From contig JAAPAO010000054.1 in assembly GCA_013115145.1 (NCBI GenBank), positions 36,475 through 100,474 of the forward strand: a DNA stretch of 64,000 nt, in the 5' to 3' direction. Below the pieces are notes generated by a model. It did not search any database. It was given only the letters and a program-made list of their open reading frames with translations, and was not told where the DNA came from. Positions 27,101 to 38,972 of the stretch are shown here, one piece after another (within the stretch, counting starts at the first letter, position 1; each line of letters begins with the position of its first letter). This DNA is from Perkinsus chesapeaki ATCC PRA-425 (taxonomy: Eukaryota; Protista; Perkinsozoa). The position numbers and the translations under genes are program-made.

Positions 27101-30100
27101 TCTCCTACGGGGAGACTCCAGCGACCGGGAGATTTCGGAGGCTTAGGACTCGTTCGATGAAAAATATTTTTCTATACGCAGATAGACGCCAGACACAACT
27201 GCATTTTCGCATTGCAAACCGAACCCGGATTTTTCCCCCAATCAGAAACTGTTCAGATACACCTTACTTGCCACGAGGCGCCAACGCCAACGCTGCTGCG
27301 GCCTGTCCAAGTGCCCAGCCAAATTCGCAGTCAAACTTGGTAGGGAGAGGACAACGAGCCTCCTGGCCGAGATAGTGGACACGCAGGCAGGGTATAGGGA
27401 ACTGAAAAATAACATGTGTATTCAAAAAACGCTTCGCTCCGCTAGACTGACCTCATCTTCCAAGTCATGTATAGAGTCCTCATCGTAGCTCTCGGTGCCA
27501 GCTAGACTGCTGCCAGCCTGCGACCCTGGCCCACTGGCAGCCGATCGACTGAGGAGGGTACAGTTATAGTGGAAAGATCAAAACAACTGTTTTTACTATG
27601 GATACCTTGACCGTATCTGACGGAATTGAGTTTGATGATTTATAGTATAAATTGAGTAGATTGAATCATCGCGATCTAATCGATGTGATAATTTAATTTT
27701 GTATCACCATCATGATGACCAAGAATAATAGAGGTAAATCTAGTGCTCGCTTCAACACCGCTCTTGAACCAGCACACTCAACGGTGATTCGGTTATTGTT
27801 AGGTAACGGTCCTTCACTGTGGAGGGTTGCTCGCAGTTCAGCAGTGAGACATGTAGCCTCACAGAGCTATGGTCCTTGGAATAACAGGATGATACACAAT
27901 GGAAGTTTGGCTGATAAATATATTCCCAGACCAAAAGTGAATGTCGAATCCATTCCATCCAGGAACATCCGGTGTCCCTCAATAACTCCAAGTCGCAGCA
28001 CGTTTCAAAAAATTATCGACCCGCTAATTTGATGAATCGGTTCATCATAAGCAACATCAGAAAATTCAGAGTTACGACAATCTAATGGAAATGCTCTCAC
28101 CCGCAGGAGCCAGCCACCATTTCCTTCGCGACGTTCCTCTTCCGAATGCCTTCGTTCAATACACCTGAAGATGATGGTGGTGATGGATACACTGGGCGAT
28201 ATGATATTCTCACGTATATGTTCCATCACCAACATCGCCAGCAATCTCTCGGGCTCCGTCTCGACCTTTATCGGGTTGCCCTGTTTGTCGTAAGCCTGAT
28301 GAACGATGTGGCTGGTGAGTGAAGCTGCCGAGTGGAATCTAGTATAGTTTTTCGGATCCCAAATCTGACTAATAATCCTAAATTAATCAGCGACTTCTAT
28401 ATTGGACTACACTCAATAAACGAGGAAAAGAAATAGCATATGGCTGTATATCGGATAATAGAATAATGAGCAATTCTTGCACGGGCGCATGAGGTGCCGC
28501 TGTAGAAAACAATATCATTTGTTAAGCGATATTATTAGCTTACCTTCACCAGGCGGTCTTGGTCAGATCGAGGCAGTTGTGTGTAGAGGTCCAAACACTG
28601 TGGACTCAGGCTGGCAGAACAACGGGAAATCAATCTCAATCGCGCACCATATTGTGCTCTTTATTCATCTTCTCGTATTATAGGTTTTAATAGTAGTTTT
28701 TCATAATTTCATGGAAGTTGAATCTCATTTAATGCTTTTAGCTCACTTTTACGCTTCTAGTTCATTATTAGGCCTTTATTCAACTATTAGGTTTTCACTA
28801 CATATAGACTATATGATACTATTTAAGATGCTATGCGATACAGTATGAAAAACACTGTACATTCTGGCCCTTGACGATTCTGGCCTGTTCAGGCCCGGAC
28901 AGAAGCTTGCCGCGGACCATGGCGTCGTGATAAGTAAAGGTTGCCCAACAAAAACGAACGCTGATTACGGTCAATTTTTTCTCGCTCGCCCTCGCGATGA
29001 AACGGCTGAGAGTTTTGTCATGAAAATCATACCAATCGAATCCACTTGTCTTATAGTCATATCCCTGAAGGTTTCAGCCAAATATGGTCACTCTAACTTG
29101 AAATATTCAATTTTAATCGACTTGCCCAACAAACGCGAACGCACTGTATGATATAGTGTTTTTCATACTGTATCGCATAGCATCTTGCAGTGCTCATATC
29201 CTTGTCTTTAACAACCCACAATGTGACGTATCATTTAGACGGTACGCCATCTTCCCTTACAATCTCAATGCGTCCTCGATAGAAGGCGGCTTGGTGACAT
29301 CCGGCCAATCTTGTTGAATCTGCCTGCATTCACGCTGAAAAATACAATTTATATCTTCGCTCCGCTGTGGGGCTACCTCGAGCTCAGTAAAATGTGGTAA
29401 GTAATCGTAAAATCCATCGGAAATAAGAATCTGAAATATCAGCTCACCAAGAGTACCATTCCACATCGCCCTACCGTGCCGCTCCGCAACCTGTGCAGTT
29501 GGTAGCGTTTGATCATCAAATTAGCCACAGTCTTCACCAAGTTCCTCAGAGTCTTTGGCCGGCCGTCGGAGCCGAACTTTGGCAGATCCTCCGCTAGGAT
29601 CGTGTACGTTGGACGAACCTTGCATTCAACTTTAACCGAAGGAGAACCTTCCCCTAGTCCGCAACACAAAAAGGCGGTCAGAGACAGGCAGCTCATGAGG
29701 GAGAGCTCAGGCATTATTTCCAATAAATATTGAAGTCGGAATTTCATCAGGGTTGAGGAAATAACGAACTGAAGCCGCCAATAAATGGGATACCTCAGTA
29801 TTGGTTATACTCAGCCTGGTCCAAGAGGGCAGAATGATTATGGACCATTTAGTGCCGTGAGTAGAGTCTTTTTTGACACAAAGTAGTGATGAGAACTACC
29901 CCCTACCTGTAAAGCAACCTCTAGGGTCACTGTGCTGGAGCCACATCGAATGAAATGATAATCAATGTGCCTTCCGGACGACAGACCGTCCATTGCTAAG
30001 TTACCGGCGAACTCACAACTGACCTGAAAATGTAAAGATATTTTACAGCTCAAACTTTGGTCACTCACCGTCATCGCCGAGTCGAAGCCCAGAGTGACCG

Positions 30101-32497
30101 GCAGCCATTTAGGGACATAGACCTGCGACAGAAAATTGTGACGCCGTGACGCGTGAGGTCGTCCTTACGTTGCAGTTGGGTGATTGAAATACAGATATAA
30201 TAGAAATACGCTCCGCTTCGGGCACAGTCTCGAAGTAGCATACAAGCTGAGATATGTGAGAGATCTGAGAGGAAACAGAAATACACGAGATTGCGAGAAG
30301 CCACAAGAAATCCGGCGGAAAATTCAGGTAATATTTATTCTGGGATGGGCCCAACTTGCACCCATCCCACAACGCAGCAAGTAAAGTGTCGTCTAAAGAA
30401 GGGAAGTAGATGGGCGAGTCTAACTGGAACAAAAATGATACAAACGTAGGAGTTTACGTTTAGGTGGGCAATAGCAGTGGTCATGTTGAAGGTTCGTGGG
30501 GGGAGTTTGACCTACTTCGGCGGGTCCACCGGCCACTACTAAGCCATCTAGACCGTAATCTCGGCAAAGACCGTGAATCTCTTTGAAATCACCTTCATCC
30601 ATGGCTCGGAGGCTCCCGTACCTGAAAGCGAAGGGTACAGCCAGAAAGAGGAGCCCCCAACCCAACATGGCGTGTGGTGTAGTGGTATCACGTCTGCTTT
30701 GCATGCAGAAGGCCCCGGGTTCAAACCCCGGCACGTCCATTTCTATATATCGTCAACTCACCGTAACAGATCCGATCCTCCTTGGTTCATATAGCTATTA
30801 ATGTTCCTTAAAGCATTTAGTTCTAGAAATCTCTTGCTAGCAAATCCACTGGGTCCATCCATAAAACCCAGTAGACGATAATTACCTAAAAATGACTCTT
30901 CACAAATGAATTTATTGTGCTTAAATAAAACACACTAAGTTCATTAAGCAGCAAGATGTGTAATGAGCCAGTGAGCTATACGAAGCGGTAAAAGCCTTAT
31001 TTCGCGATCACTACGCTGATTCACAAGCTGACCAGTCACTAACATCAGCTGGCATAAACGGTAATGAAGTTGGGGAGTGGGCGTATTGAAGGACCACCAG
31101 ATACTGATAGTTACACTGGTATCGCAATAATAAGAGAAAAGATACAGAAATAAAGTATAATAAAATAATGTGCCTGGCATATTATAAATGTATAATGAAA
31201 TGCACTAGCAATGAAAAGGTTCCATTTCGACAGCAGCGAACAATCAAACATATGCAAACTGTACCAGGGGGACCTTACTGTATCTCTGTTTTAAATGATC
31301 GTTAACTCCAAGAACCACATTATGTATCCCCGAAGCCGGCCCCCAAACACCAGTGAGCATAACACCAATGGTAACCTGCCATACACTGATAATGGCTTCA
31401 CGAACCCAACAATCTAACCGGCGTATCGCTGCGGCCTTCCACCGCTGCTCCGTTTGCATCCTTCTCAGCTCGCAGCATGACCTTAGAGCAGAGATAGATT
31501 CCCCCGTCAGTATTTTCCCTACCGGAGTGTCATGCGTTCTCAGCTGCGGCCAGTCCCGGTGAACTTCATCGTCGAGCTCCATCTTGGAGTCTTCCTCCGC
31601 TTCTATCACATAGTACCCCGTCTTATCACGATTAACCACATCAGGAGTTGTAACACCTGCAATGGGAGCGGTATGAAATGCGCCGACTTGCTGAGGACGG
31701 TGATGGACTTAGTCCAATATCAGTACTGAAGTTCCCTCCTGCTTTCCTCAGGTGCGCTCTACGACATCTTCACCGAATCGTCACGAAAAGTGCACTTCTT
31801 AACGCTGGAAGATTCGAAATTGTGCCATTTTTTTCTTCTCTAAAAACCCACTTTATCTGGTAAGGTCCCGTCTAATCCGAAAATATACACATCTCCTGAC
31901 ACCGTGTGTCGCACTTTGCCGTTTACCGACGAGACACAGCCGAAGAGGAAAATCACACCACTGCACCGCGTATCTTGTGCCCCACTGTTCGACCTAAGAT
32001 GCTTACGGCGATGGTTGCAGATGCTCTCCAAAAGACTTCGATTCTGAAAGTTACGGACGACGCACGAGTTAGCAGTCACCGAATCCATGCTGTCATCATA
32101 CCATCTAAAGATATCATACCAAACTCTCCCCAAATCCTCCATACTTGAACGGGAAATGATACTCCTGCCGCGGAGGTCTCGTCTTCGTTCTCGAATGGCC
32201 TGGTCTCGACAGCGACGAGCAGCGGCCCGGCGGTGCGCTCCCCGTAGGCGAACCCGCCATCACTGTGGACTCAGCCCGCTCTGTACGAACCGACAACTTG
32301 TGACGTCTCTCGAACTTCCTAGGGGCATTCAGTCGCGGACCGATCGGCTCCGATCTAGTGCCAGCTTCCGTGCTGATTCCCTCTCGCTCAGTTGCCACGG
32401 AATCTTCAGTGGAATTGTCCCCAGCGGTGGTCGGAGCCCGCAGCCTATTACTCCCCTCGAGGGCTGGCTCACCAGTGACTTCACTGTCGCCCTCCAT
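21106..32497 (-). CDS. Two-domain pyrophosphate-dependent phosphofructokinase-like protein (PFP beta/alpha fusion type), many exons, catalytic motifs degenerate
   Basis: N-half exons: IGVMLTGVWGPASGIHNVV, LLGFMDGPSG..YMNQGGSDLL, LDGLVVAGGPAE, TLGFDSA, EFAGNLAMDGLSSG..YHFIRCG, YLGQEARCPLPTKFD, QPGPYQFDGP. C-half exons: [113 protein letters not shown]. Both ends are tentative. Confidence 0.85.
27790..27995 (-). repeat. Dispersed repeat family, copy A (inside a PFK-like intron)
   Basis: The reverse complement of 27916-27969 matches 40595-40648 at 47/54 nt, with similarity continuing into the flanks. Confidence 0.75.
28825..29186. mobile_element. MITE-like element with perfect 32-bp terminal inverted repeats, intronic
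   Basis: aagatgctatgcgatacagtatgaaaaacact (28825-28856) is the exact reverse complement of 29155-29186; ~300 bp non-coding interior; no target-site duplication seen. Confidence 0.65.
30668..30739 (+). tRNA. trnA-UGC: tRNA-Ala (TGC), antisense in a PFK-like intron; position 1:72 is T:C
   Basis: Cloverleaf: D arm GTGT/TCAC, anticodon stem TCTGC/GCAGA with loop TTTGCAT, T arm CCGGG-TTCAAAC-CCCGG, G3:U70 alanine identity pair present. Confidence 0.85.
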
Positions 32498-32968
32498 AAA
32501 AAATAAACTGGAATAAAATAGCAATGAATTGTGATTCGTTTACGCAAATATCCTAACAACCTCATTGCCCCCATTTTGAACGCACGTTGAAGAAGCAATA
32601 TTTTCAAAACCTGACGCCCAGAAATAGAGCTGCGCATATATTCACAGTTCCATGGGGATTAGGATCATGATATAGGCTGCTTCCTCTTCCCTGCAGATAA
32701 TCCCATCTCCTCAGCCCCGACTCCGACTCAGGCCACCCGCTCCGGTTTCCATTATCTATATTAATAAATACTATTATTTCGATGCAACATTGTTATCTAT
32801 AACAATTAAATTTGATATAAAGCATTGCAGCCTCACGGCCCGCCATAAGAGACTGATCGCCCTCGTGAAGCTTGACAAAACTGGATCCCAATTTCAAGAT
32901 CCGAAACTCTCCCGCAACTACTATTAATTACTAAAACAACAACCACCGTCAGTCGCCACGAAACGTCA

Positions 32969-35525
32969 TTAGTTACTATTAAAGGCACCGAGAAGATCTG
33001 CCACCAAAGCCACACCGTATCCGCTAGCTCGATCCCCGTCCAGCCAATTGACTGGAAACGCCATGTCGATGTGTAGGTAAGGAGGAACGTCACCGACGCC
33101 CTCACATGCAGCTCGAAGATTCTCATAGACAAACCAACCAGCAGAGGATACCGGTGCGTCAGTTCTCACTTTCACCTGACCAAGATACCGATGATCAATA
33201 ACCAGCTGTACTGCTGCAGAGCCGGCGCGTCCCAATGTAAATGAATAGGGAACCATCGGAAGGCCATCAGAAGGAGTGGAAAAAACAGAGGGACAGCGGT
33301 GTAAATGTCACTAGAAGAGGATTTTGCCGTACGAAATAAGGCTCCTTATGAATTACCATCTCAGTTGATAAACTAAGAAAAACCATCACTGACGTAATGC
33401 ACGACCTCGGAAGACCTTGTGTCATCCACGGAGCGCGATTAGTTTGGGCATTTTTACGCTGCAAAACTTTTTACTATTTCCACCAATTTTAAAGATATCG
33501 CCAGCGCCTCCGAACCAGAGCGGTATTGCACCCGGGCCTTGCACCCAAAAAGCTTCAAACCCTTCGCTCGAGCATTCCACAACTCACCGAATTGGTCAAA
33601 TCAGCGACTTCGCTCTTGAACTGCCCCTTGTGGAACTCGGGACAGAATACTAGCGGATGCACCAGATCCCCGGTGCGCTTGCCACTCTCGATTGCTTGCT
33701 TCTCCAGCTCCTCATCACTCGACACAATCGCAGCATGCATGTGCCCAGTAGCCATTCCAGCCGCCCCCGTCAACGTAGCCATATCAATGACCATCTCTGG
33801 CCTCAGATGCTTGGCAGCATAAGCCACCCCATCAGCCAGCAGAAGTCTGCCCTCCGCATCAGTGTTGTTGATCTCTACGGTGAGCCCGGAATACATCTTG
33901 ATAACATCATCGACTCGATAGGAGTACGGGCCCACAGCGTTCTCAGCAAGACATTGCACCAGATGGAGTGGCTTTCCTCCATTCCCACCACACCTCACAG
34001 TCGCAAGAAATGCCCCGAGGAGGCCGGCAGCACCTGAGCAGGGAACACGTAAATATCAATCAGTTATAGAGTCATATACTATTTGTCGGGTCTCCTCAGC
34101 CGGGCATTAAAATGGCCGAGAATCTTTATCGTCAAGATTCACGAGAATTTTCCGGAGAGTGAAACCCTGCAATATAATGATATAACAAACTTCGTGAAAC
34201 AATTGTTTCTTGTTAACAATTGGGCTCAATTATTCGGCGCGCGAGAAATACAAGAGCCATGCCATCGAAACATACATACCATTCCGCAAAGTAACCGGGC
34301 TGGGAATCGAACCAGGCCGCTGCCCAACAACGATGTGCAAACCGTCCGAGGTCCGCATAGAAGAGTTATTGGTCTACATATTCATGTTTATCCACCAGAC
34401 GACCCAGGTTCGATTCCCCCTACCTCCCATATCGGTCTTCATTCCCCTCATATTATCCGAGCTCTTTATCGACAACCCGCCACTATCAAAAGTAATACCC
34501 TTCCCAACCAGCACCGTCCCTCGGTCATACTTCCCCGAACCTTCAGGATACCACGACAGACACACCAATGCCGGCGGAGTTGATACCGATCCCTTCCCTA
34601 CGTTCCATAAACCGCCGAACCCCCTCTCCTTCAAGCTCATCCCCTCAATGCTTGCAATCTTTATATCATAACCCTCACCTCGAAGCTCTCCAGCCAGCTC
34701 CTCACAAAGCTCCCTATACGTAACTGGATTAACGTAATTCGGCGGCATGTCCACCAATGCCGCCGCCATCCGGACACTTTCCGCCACTTTTCCCAGCTTC
34801 CCAAGGCACCCCATTTCACCATCGTTACTCCACAATGTCACACTAACCTTCCCATCTCCGTCCATTTTCCTTTTTTCTCTATACCCGGGCAGCGCCCTCG
34901 CCGCAGCCAGCCCCCCTACTGCTGCATCCTCCTTGCTTTCTCCAACCACATACACCTTCACATCCCTCTTCGCACCACCAAATCCGCTCTGGCCCGCCAG
35001 AAGCTTCGTTACTTGGTCAGGCCGCGCTCTAGTGTTGAATCTCGAGCATTCGTCAGCCACCTTCAGCACCACAATTCTCCTCATTCCTCCGTCATAAGGC
35101 GCCAACGACACAGTCGTGCTCGGAGCGTTCTCGCCATCATTTTCGTGCGCCGCGAGAAAATTCGCCAAATGCACTTTGACTTCCTCAGGTGCCTTCGGCA
35201 AAAATGCTTTCAACGCGCCAAGCTGGCCCACAACGAATATCGATCCAGCATCCCCAACCGACACATCCCCAGTGAAAGCGATTCGCTTGCGACTGTTAGA
35301 GATCATATCATTCATTTTAGCCGAAAAATGGTCCTCCCTCGGATCGAACCTGCGCCTAAATTCCTCAAACAACTTGCCTGCCTGAAATCCGCAACGTAAG
35401 TGTCTTCTTAACTACAGTGAACTCACCTCAGGCGTGGAGGAGGTCGAGAAACATCGGCCGCTACATGCAGCCAAAAACCGAGATGAAACCAGCGCAGGAG
35501 ACAACCGACGCGACAGAGCGGACAT
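32969..35525 (-). CDS. M17 leucyl aminopeptidase (NPEPL1/PepB-like) with an N-terminal mitochondrial-type presequence; 4 exons
   Basis: Exons 35525-35427, 35381-34424, 34033-33588, 33175-32969. Metal-binding motifs VGKGITFDSGGLSIK, MKTDMGG, NNTDAEGRL, DMATLTGA and C-terminal LHIDMAFP..RASGYGVAL are all present. Confidence 0.93.
34302..34418. pseudogene. Two outward-facing tRNA T-arm/B-box remnants in the aminopeptidase intron
   Basis: gggaatcgaaccagg (34302-34316) and ccaggttcgattccc (34404-34418) are inverted copies (14/15) of the GGTTCGATTCC B-box; neither folds into a full cloverleaf. Confidence 0.4.
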
Positions 35526-35636
35526 TCGAGAGATTCTTCCAGGTAGAACAGATTTTCACTCCCGAAAGGAATGTCTTGGATACGTCAACACGCATTGTGA
35601 TATTTTATGCTACTTCTTCTACACTTCCAAAACTCC

Positions 35637-35695
35637 ACGAAAACTCGAGAAGCCTGGCCTATGGAGTCCATAGGCCAGGCTTCTCGAGTTTTCGT
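35637..35695. repeat. Perfect 59-bp palindrome (29-bp arms, 1-nt spacer)
   Basis: acgaaaactcgagaagcctggcctatgga-g-tccataggccaggcttctcgagttttcgt; ~110 bp upstream of the aminopeptidase ATG. Confidence 0.95.
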
Positions 35696-35916
35696 CCATA
35701 GTATGGACTAGGAAAATACTGTATATTGACCTACTGAGTATCCTAGCGGCCCAGAGAGCAGCATCCCCTATTGCGCCTTATTAGCATCAAAATTGAGCTG
35801 CCGCTCGCTCCCTTCTCCCCGGGGACCCATCTGCCCCCACAGAAATGGCCCTCGCAATTGGAAAGCCTAGCTAAATCGGATAATCCTAAAAATGCTCCAA
35901 GTGCGATCCTATCGGC

Positions 35917-35990
35917 AATGCGGAGGAGATACAATAGAGATTTTGCTAGGAGATATGTTCCTTGACTGAGAATTCCAATCTCCATTCTAT
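35917..35990 (-). repeat. Dispersed repeat family, copy B (partial)
   Basis: The reverse complement of 35917-35957 matches 40642-40682 at 35/41 nt. Confidence 0.6.
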
Positions 35991-36113
35991 AAATATCTCA
36001 CTCCTCGATGCCCCCCTGCTTCCGACCTCAGCCTCGTTTACCCCTCGGCGAATTAAAGACTGAACCCAACACTTATTAATATATCAAATACAACAGCATG
36101 GTCATAATGCCAC

Positions 36114-37622
36114 CTAGCTCCCCCCTGCTGGAGCATCTCCGCTCCCCTCACCCTCTGGCCACTTCCATGGCTCTCCTGTACCTGAACAACCAGGTACGCA
36201 ATTGAACATGGTAAAAACGGTATGCTAATAACAAGCAGTAACGACTCGATAACATGCCTAATATACCCGACTAGCGGCAAGTAAACCGTTGTACCAATGG
36301 CAGCCTAGAGTGCAGTGTAAACACATTTCCCCCATTTCCCATGGCCCCCCGTTATTACAGTTCTGCACTACCACCAAGATATACTCCGATCCTGATACAG
36401 CTATTATCTCCGTTCCCTCCTTGGTCCTCATTCGAAAGTTTGTCAAGTCCGAATCACCCCCAACTGCCGGACCAGACGCCTATCAACAACGAACGAGCTG
36501 ACCTCGGTGCGCAAGGTTCATCTAGACTCAAGCAGCACGTATCTTTCCCAATATGGCACCACAGAACAATGATCACTTGTAAAGCTCTTTCCAAAAAAGC
36601 TCTACTGCACTATCAAACATGCATCGCCGAGCGAGAGTGAGTGATACCAATCAAAGGCCTATTGGCAGGTTATCAAATGCTCGATAACTACCACGGTGAC
36701 CAGTCTACGTACCAGTGTAAGACAAAACAGATGTAAACAATCGAATGCTTCTCTATGCCTCACCCCTCCTCCTCCTGCCGGTCCTCCTGACTGTAAGAGC
36801 TCCCTCATACACTTCCTTGCTTTCATATAGAACTCGGATATTAGTTGAGCATACATTACAGCCTTCTCATAGGGCATACCTGACCATTTAACGATATTAT
36901 AGACCAACTGGTATTGGTATATTAATAATAACGACCGATTAACCCTTTTATAAGCCTATTAATAATAACCTATTAACCCTTTTATAAGCCTATTAATAAT
37001 AACCTATTAACCCTTTTATAAGCCTATTAATAATACCCTCTTAACCCTTTTATAAGCCTATTAATAATAACCGATTAACCCTTTTATGAGCCTATTAATA
37101 ATAACCGATTAACCCTTTTATAAGCCTATTAATAATAACCTCTTAGCCCTTTTATAAGCCTATTAATAATAACGACCGATTAACCCTTTTATAAGCCTAT
37201 TAATAATAACCTATTAACCCTTTTATAAGCCTANNNNNNNNNNNNNNNNNNNNNNNNNNNNNNNNNNNNNNNNNNNNNNNNNNNNNNNNNNNNNNNNNNN
37301 NNNNNNNNNNNNNNNNNNNNNNNNNNNNNNNNNTTAATAATAACCTATTAACCCTTTTATAAGCCTATTAATAATACCCTCTTAACCCTTTTATAATCCT
37401 ATTCATAATAACCGATTAACCCTTTTATAAGCCTATTAATAGTAACCTATTAGCCCTTTTATAAGCCCATTAGTAATAACCGATTAACCCTTTTCTTGGC
37501 CACCCTCCCCCTCTATTACGTTCATGATACTTCACAGGGATGCCATCTGCATTCAGCACTACATACCCGACAGTAGTCGGATGGTCTGCCACTTGATGTA
37601 ATATAGTGTCAACGTCTCCCAT
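36114..37622 (-). CDS. DYNLRB: Dynein light chain, roadblock/LC7 family; 4 exons
   Basis: Spliced product MGDVDTILHQVADHPTTVGYVVLNADGIPVKYHERMPYEKAVMYAQLISEFYMKARKCMRELL...SDLTNFRMRTKEGTEIIAVSGSEYILVVVQNCTGEPWKWPE matches the roadblock pattern (G.VV.N.DGIP; LT.LR.RTK..EI). Confidence 0.88.
36921..37495. repeat. AT-rich ~34-bp minisatellite in roadblock intron 1, interrupted by an assembly gap
   Basis: Unit ttaataataacctattaacccttttataagccta (34 bp, some 37-bp variants), >12 visible copies; 100 N at 37234-37333. Confidence 0.95.
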
Positions 37623-37849
37623 TATAATAAAAACTGGCTGATACAAATCCAACCACACGAACAACTGATCCAGTCCTTCCCAACTCCCACAGGTCTATCC
37701 CGATCTGCTCATACCAATGAAGATTGGTACGATATATCCCTCAGTACCGTCAACCGCTAGCCCGTAATATACACAACTCTACCAGAAAAATAAGAAATAA
37801 TAATGTACCCGTAATTCCATATCAACTTGCCATGCCCTAATTATATTCA

Positions 37850-38972
37850 CCTCCGTCTCTGTCGCCTACGGCTCTGCATTTTAATATACTCTCTACAGCA
37901 CTTTGCCAATACCGACAACACAAATGGCCCTTTGCATTCGTTATGCAATTCCAACACTACGATATCCAACTCGTTCTCCAGACCAGGAGACTCCCTGAAA
38001 AAACATACCAATAGCGTCAAAAATACGAATAAACTAAATTAAACAGGGCAATGCATCCACCTTATAATGCGCAATATCAACGTATGTATAATATTTCAAA
38101 GCTTTCCCAATTCAGTAGAAGAGTACACCGACACCGCTATAATCTATTGCACAGCATGACTGCTAACATACACAACTACTAGAGTCTATTTAGTACTATT
38201 CTTTCTTCTAACTGAGCATCGTTAGCATCACTAAGAGTCGACTATCTCTCATCCCTGATAGTACCGTCCATCTTCCTGCCATCTTTCACTGCCATTCGCA
38301 ACGCTATCCCCTAGATTAACCTTCTCTATCCCTCCAGCTACATCAGCTGCACGTACCGAACTGTTCCTAGGTGGAGACGAGTCAGCTATTGGCATCCTCC
38401 ACGATGACCAATCCAACACTACCTGAACTTATCGTATATAACCAGTTTCAAAGGAATGAATTAATTGAATAGAATTTAGTTACCACTTAGAAATTGTTAC
38501 TCTGATTATTTGTCTAATAGAGCTTGTTTTTAAAACATGGAGGTGTTGAGATATCAGTGATATCATATCACGGAAAATGTATTATACAATACGAACTAGA
38601 GTTAACTCTCCATTATTGATCGCCACGCAGACCGTTGTCTGTGTAGGACTCCTACTCGCAACTTGCGACTAGCCTGGCATTGACAGGGTGACAAAACCAC
38701 TGAGCAATGCGTCATAAGTATCCCCGGTATACGTACGGAACGGATTCATGTTACATGCGATCTGTACCGGTGCCGGGCCTTGTCTTGACGGTTGTGACAC
38801 TCTCTGAGAGTCGGACATTTGCCACTGAGAGTTTAGTCAAAGGCCATAGCACAACCAAGCGCGGACAGCCTTACGGCCCGGCATTGGCGGCCGCAGCACG
38901 GGGTGCTGCGTTAGAGAAATTCCTTGCAGCCTGTAAGACAATCCTCGCAACCGTAGCTGCAACCTTAGGCAT
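37850..38972 (-). CDS. Hypothetical gene or remnant beginning with a mitochondrial presequence-like exon
   Basis: 38972-38875 reads MPKVAATVARIVLQAARNFSNAAPRAAAANAG then gtaagg; a downstream exon-like piece (cag...gtgaat) reads ESPGLENELDIVVLELHNECKGPFVLSVLAKCCREYIKMQSRRR. Connectivity is not established. Confidence 0.3.

Noticed and set aside
34385-34440. Circularly permuted tRNA-Glu (3' half followed by tcccatatcggtct)
   Set aside because: The apparent 5' half is the antisense of the conserved KTDMG codons, and no acceptor 3' strand or intact T stem exists.
37234-37333. Runs of exactly 100 N (also 46130-46229)
   Set aside because: Scaffold gap placeholders, not biology; the true repeat lengths are unknown.
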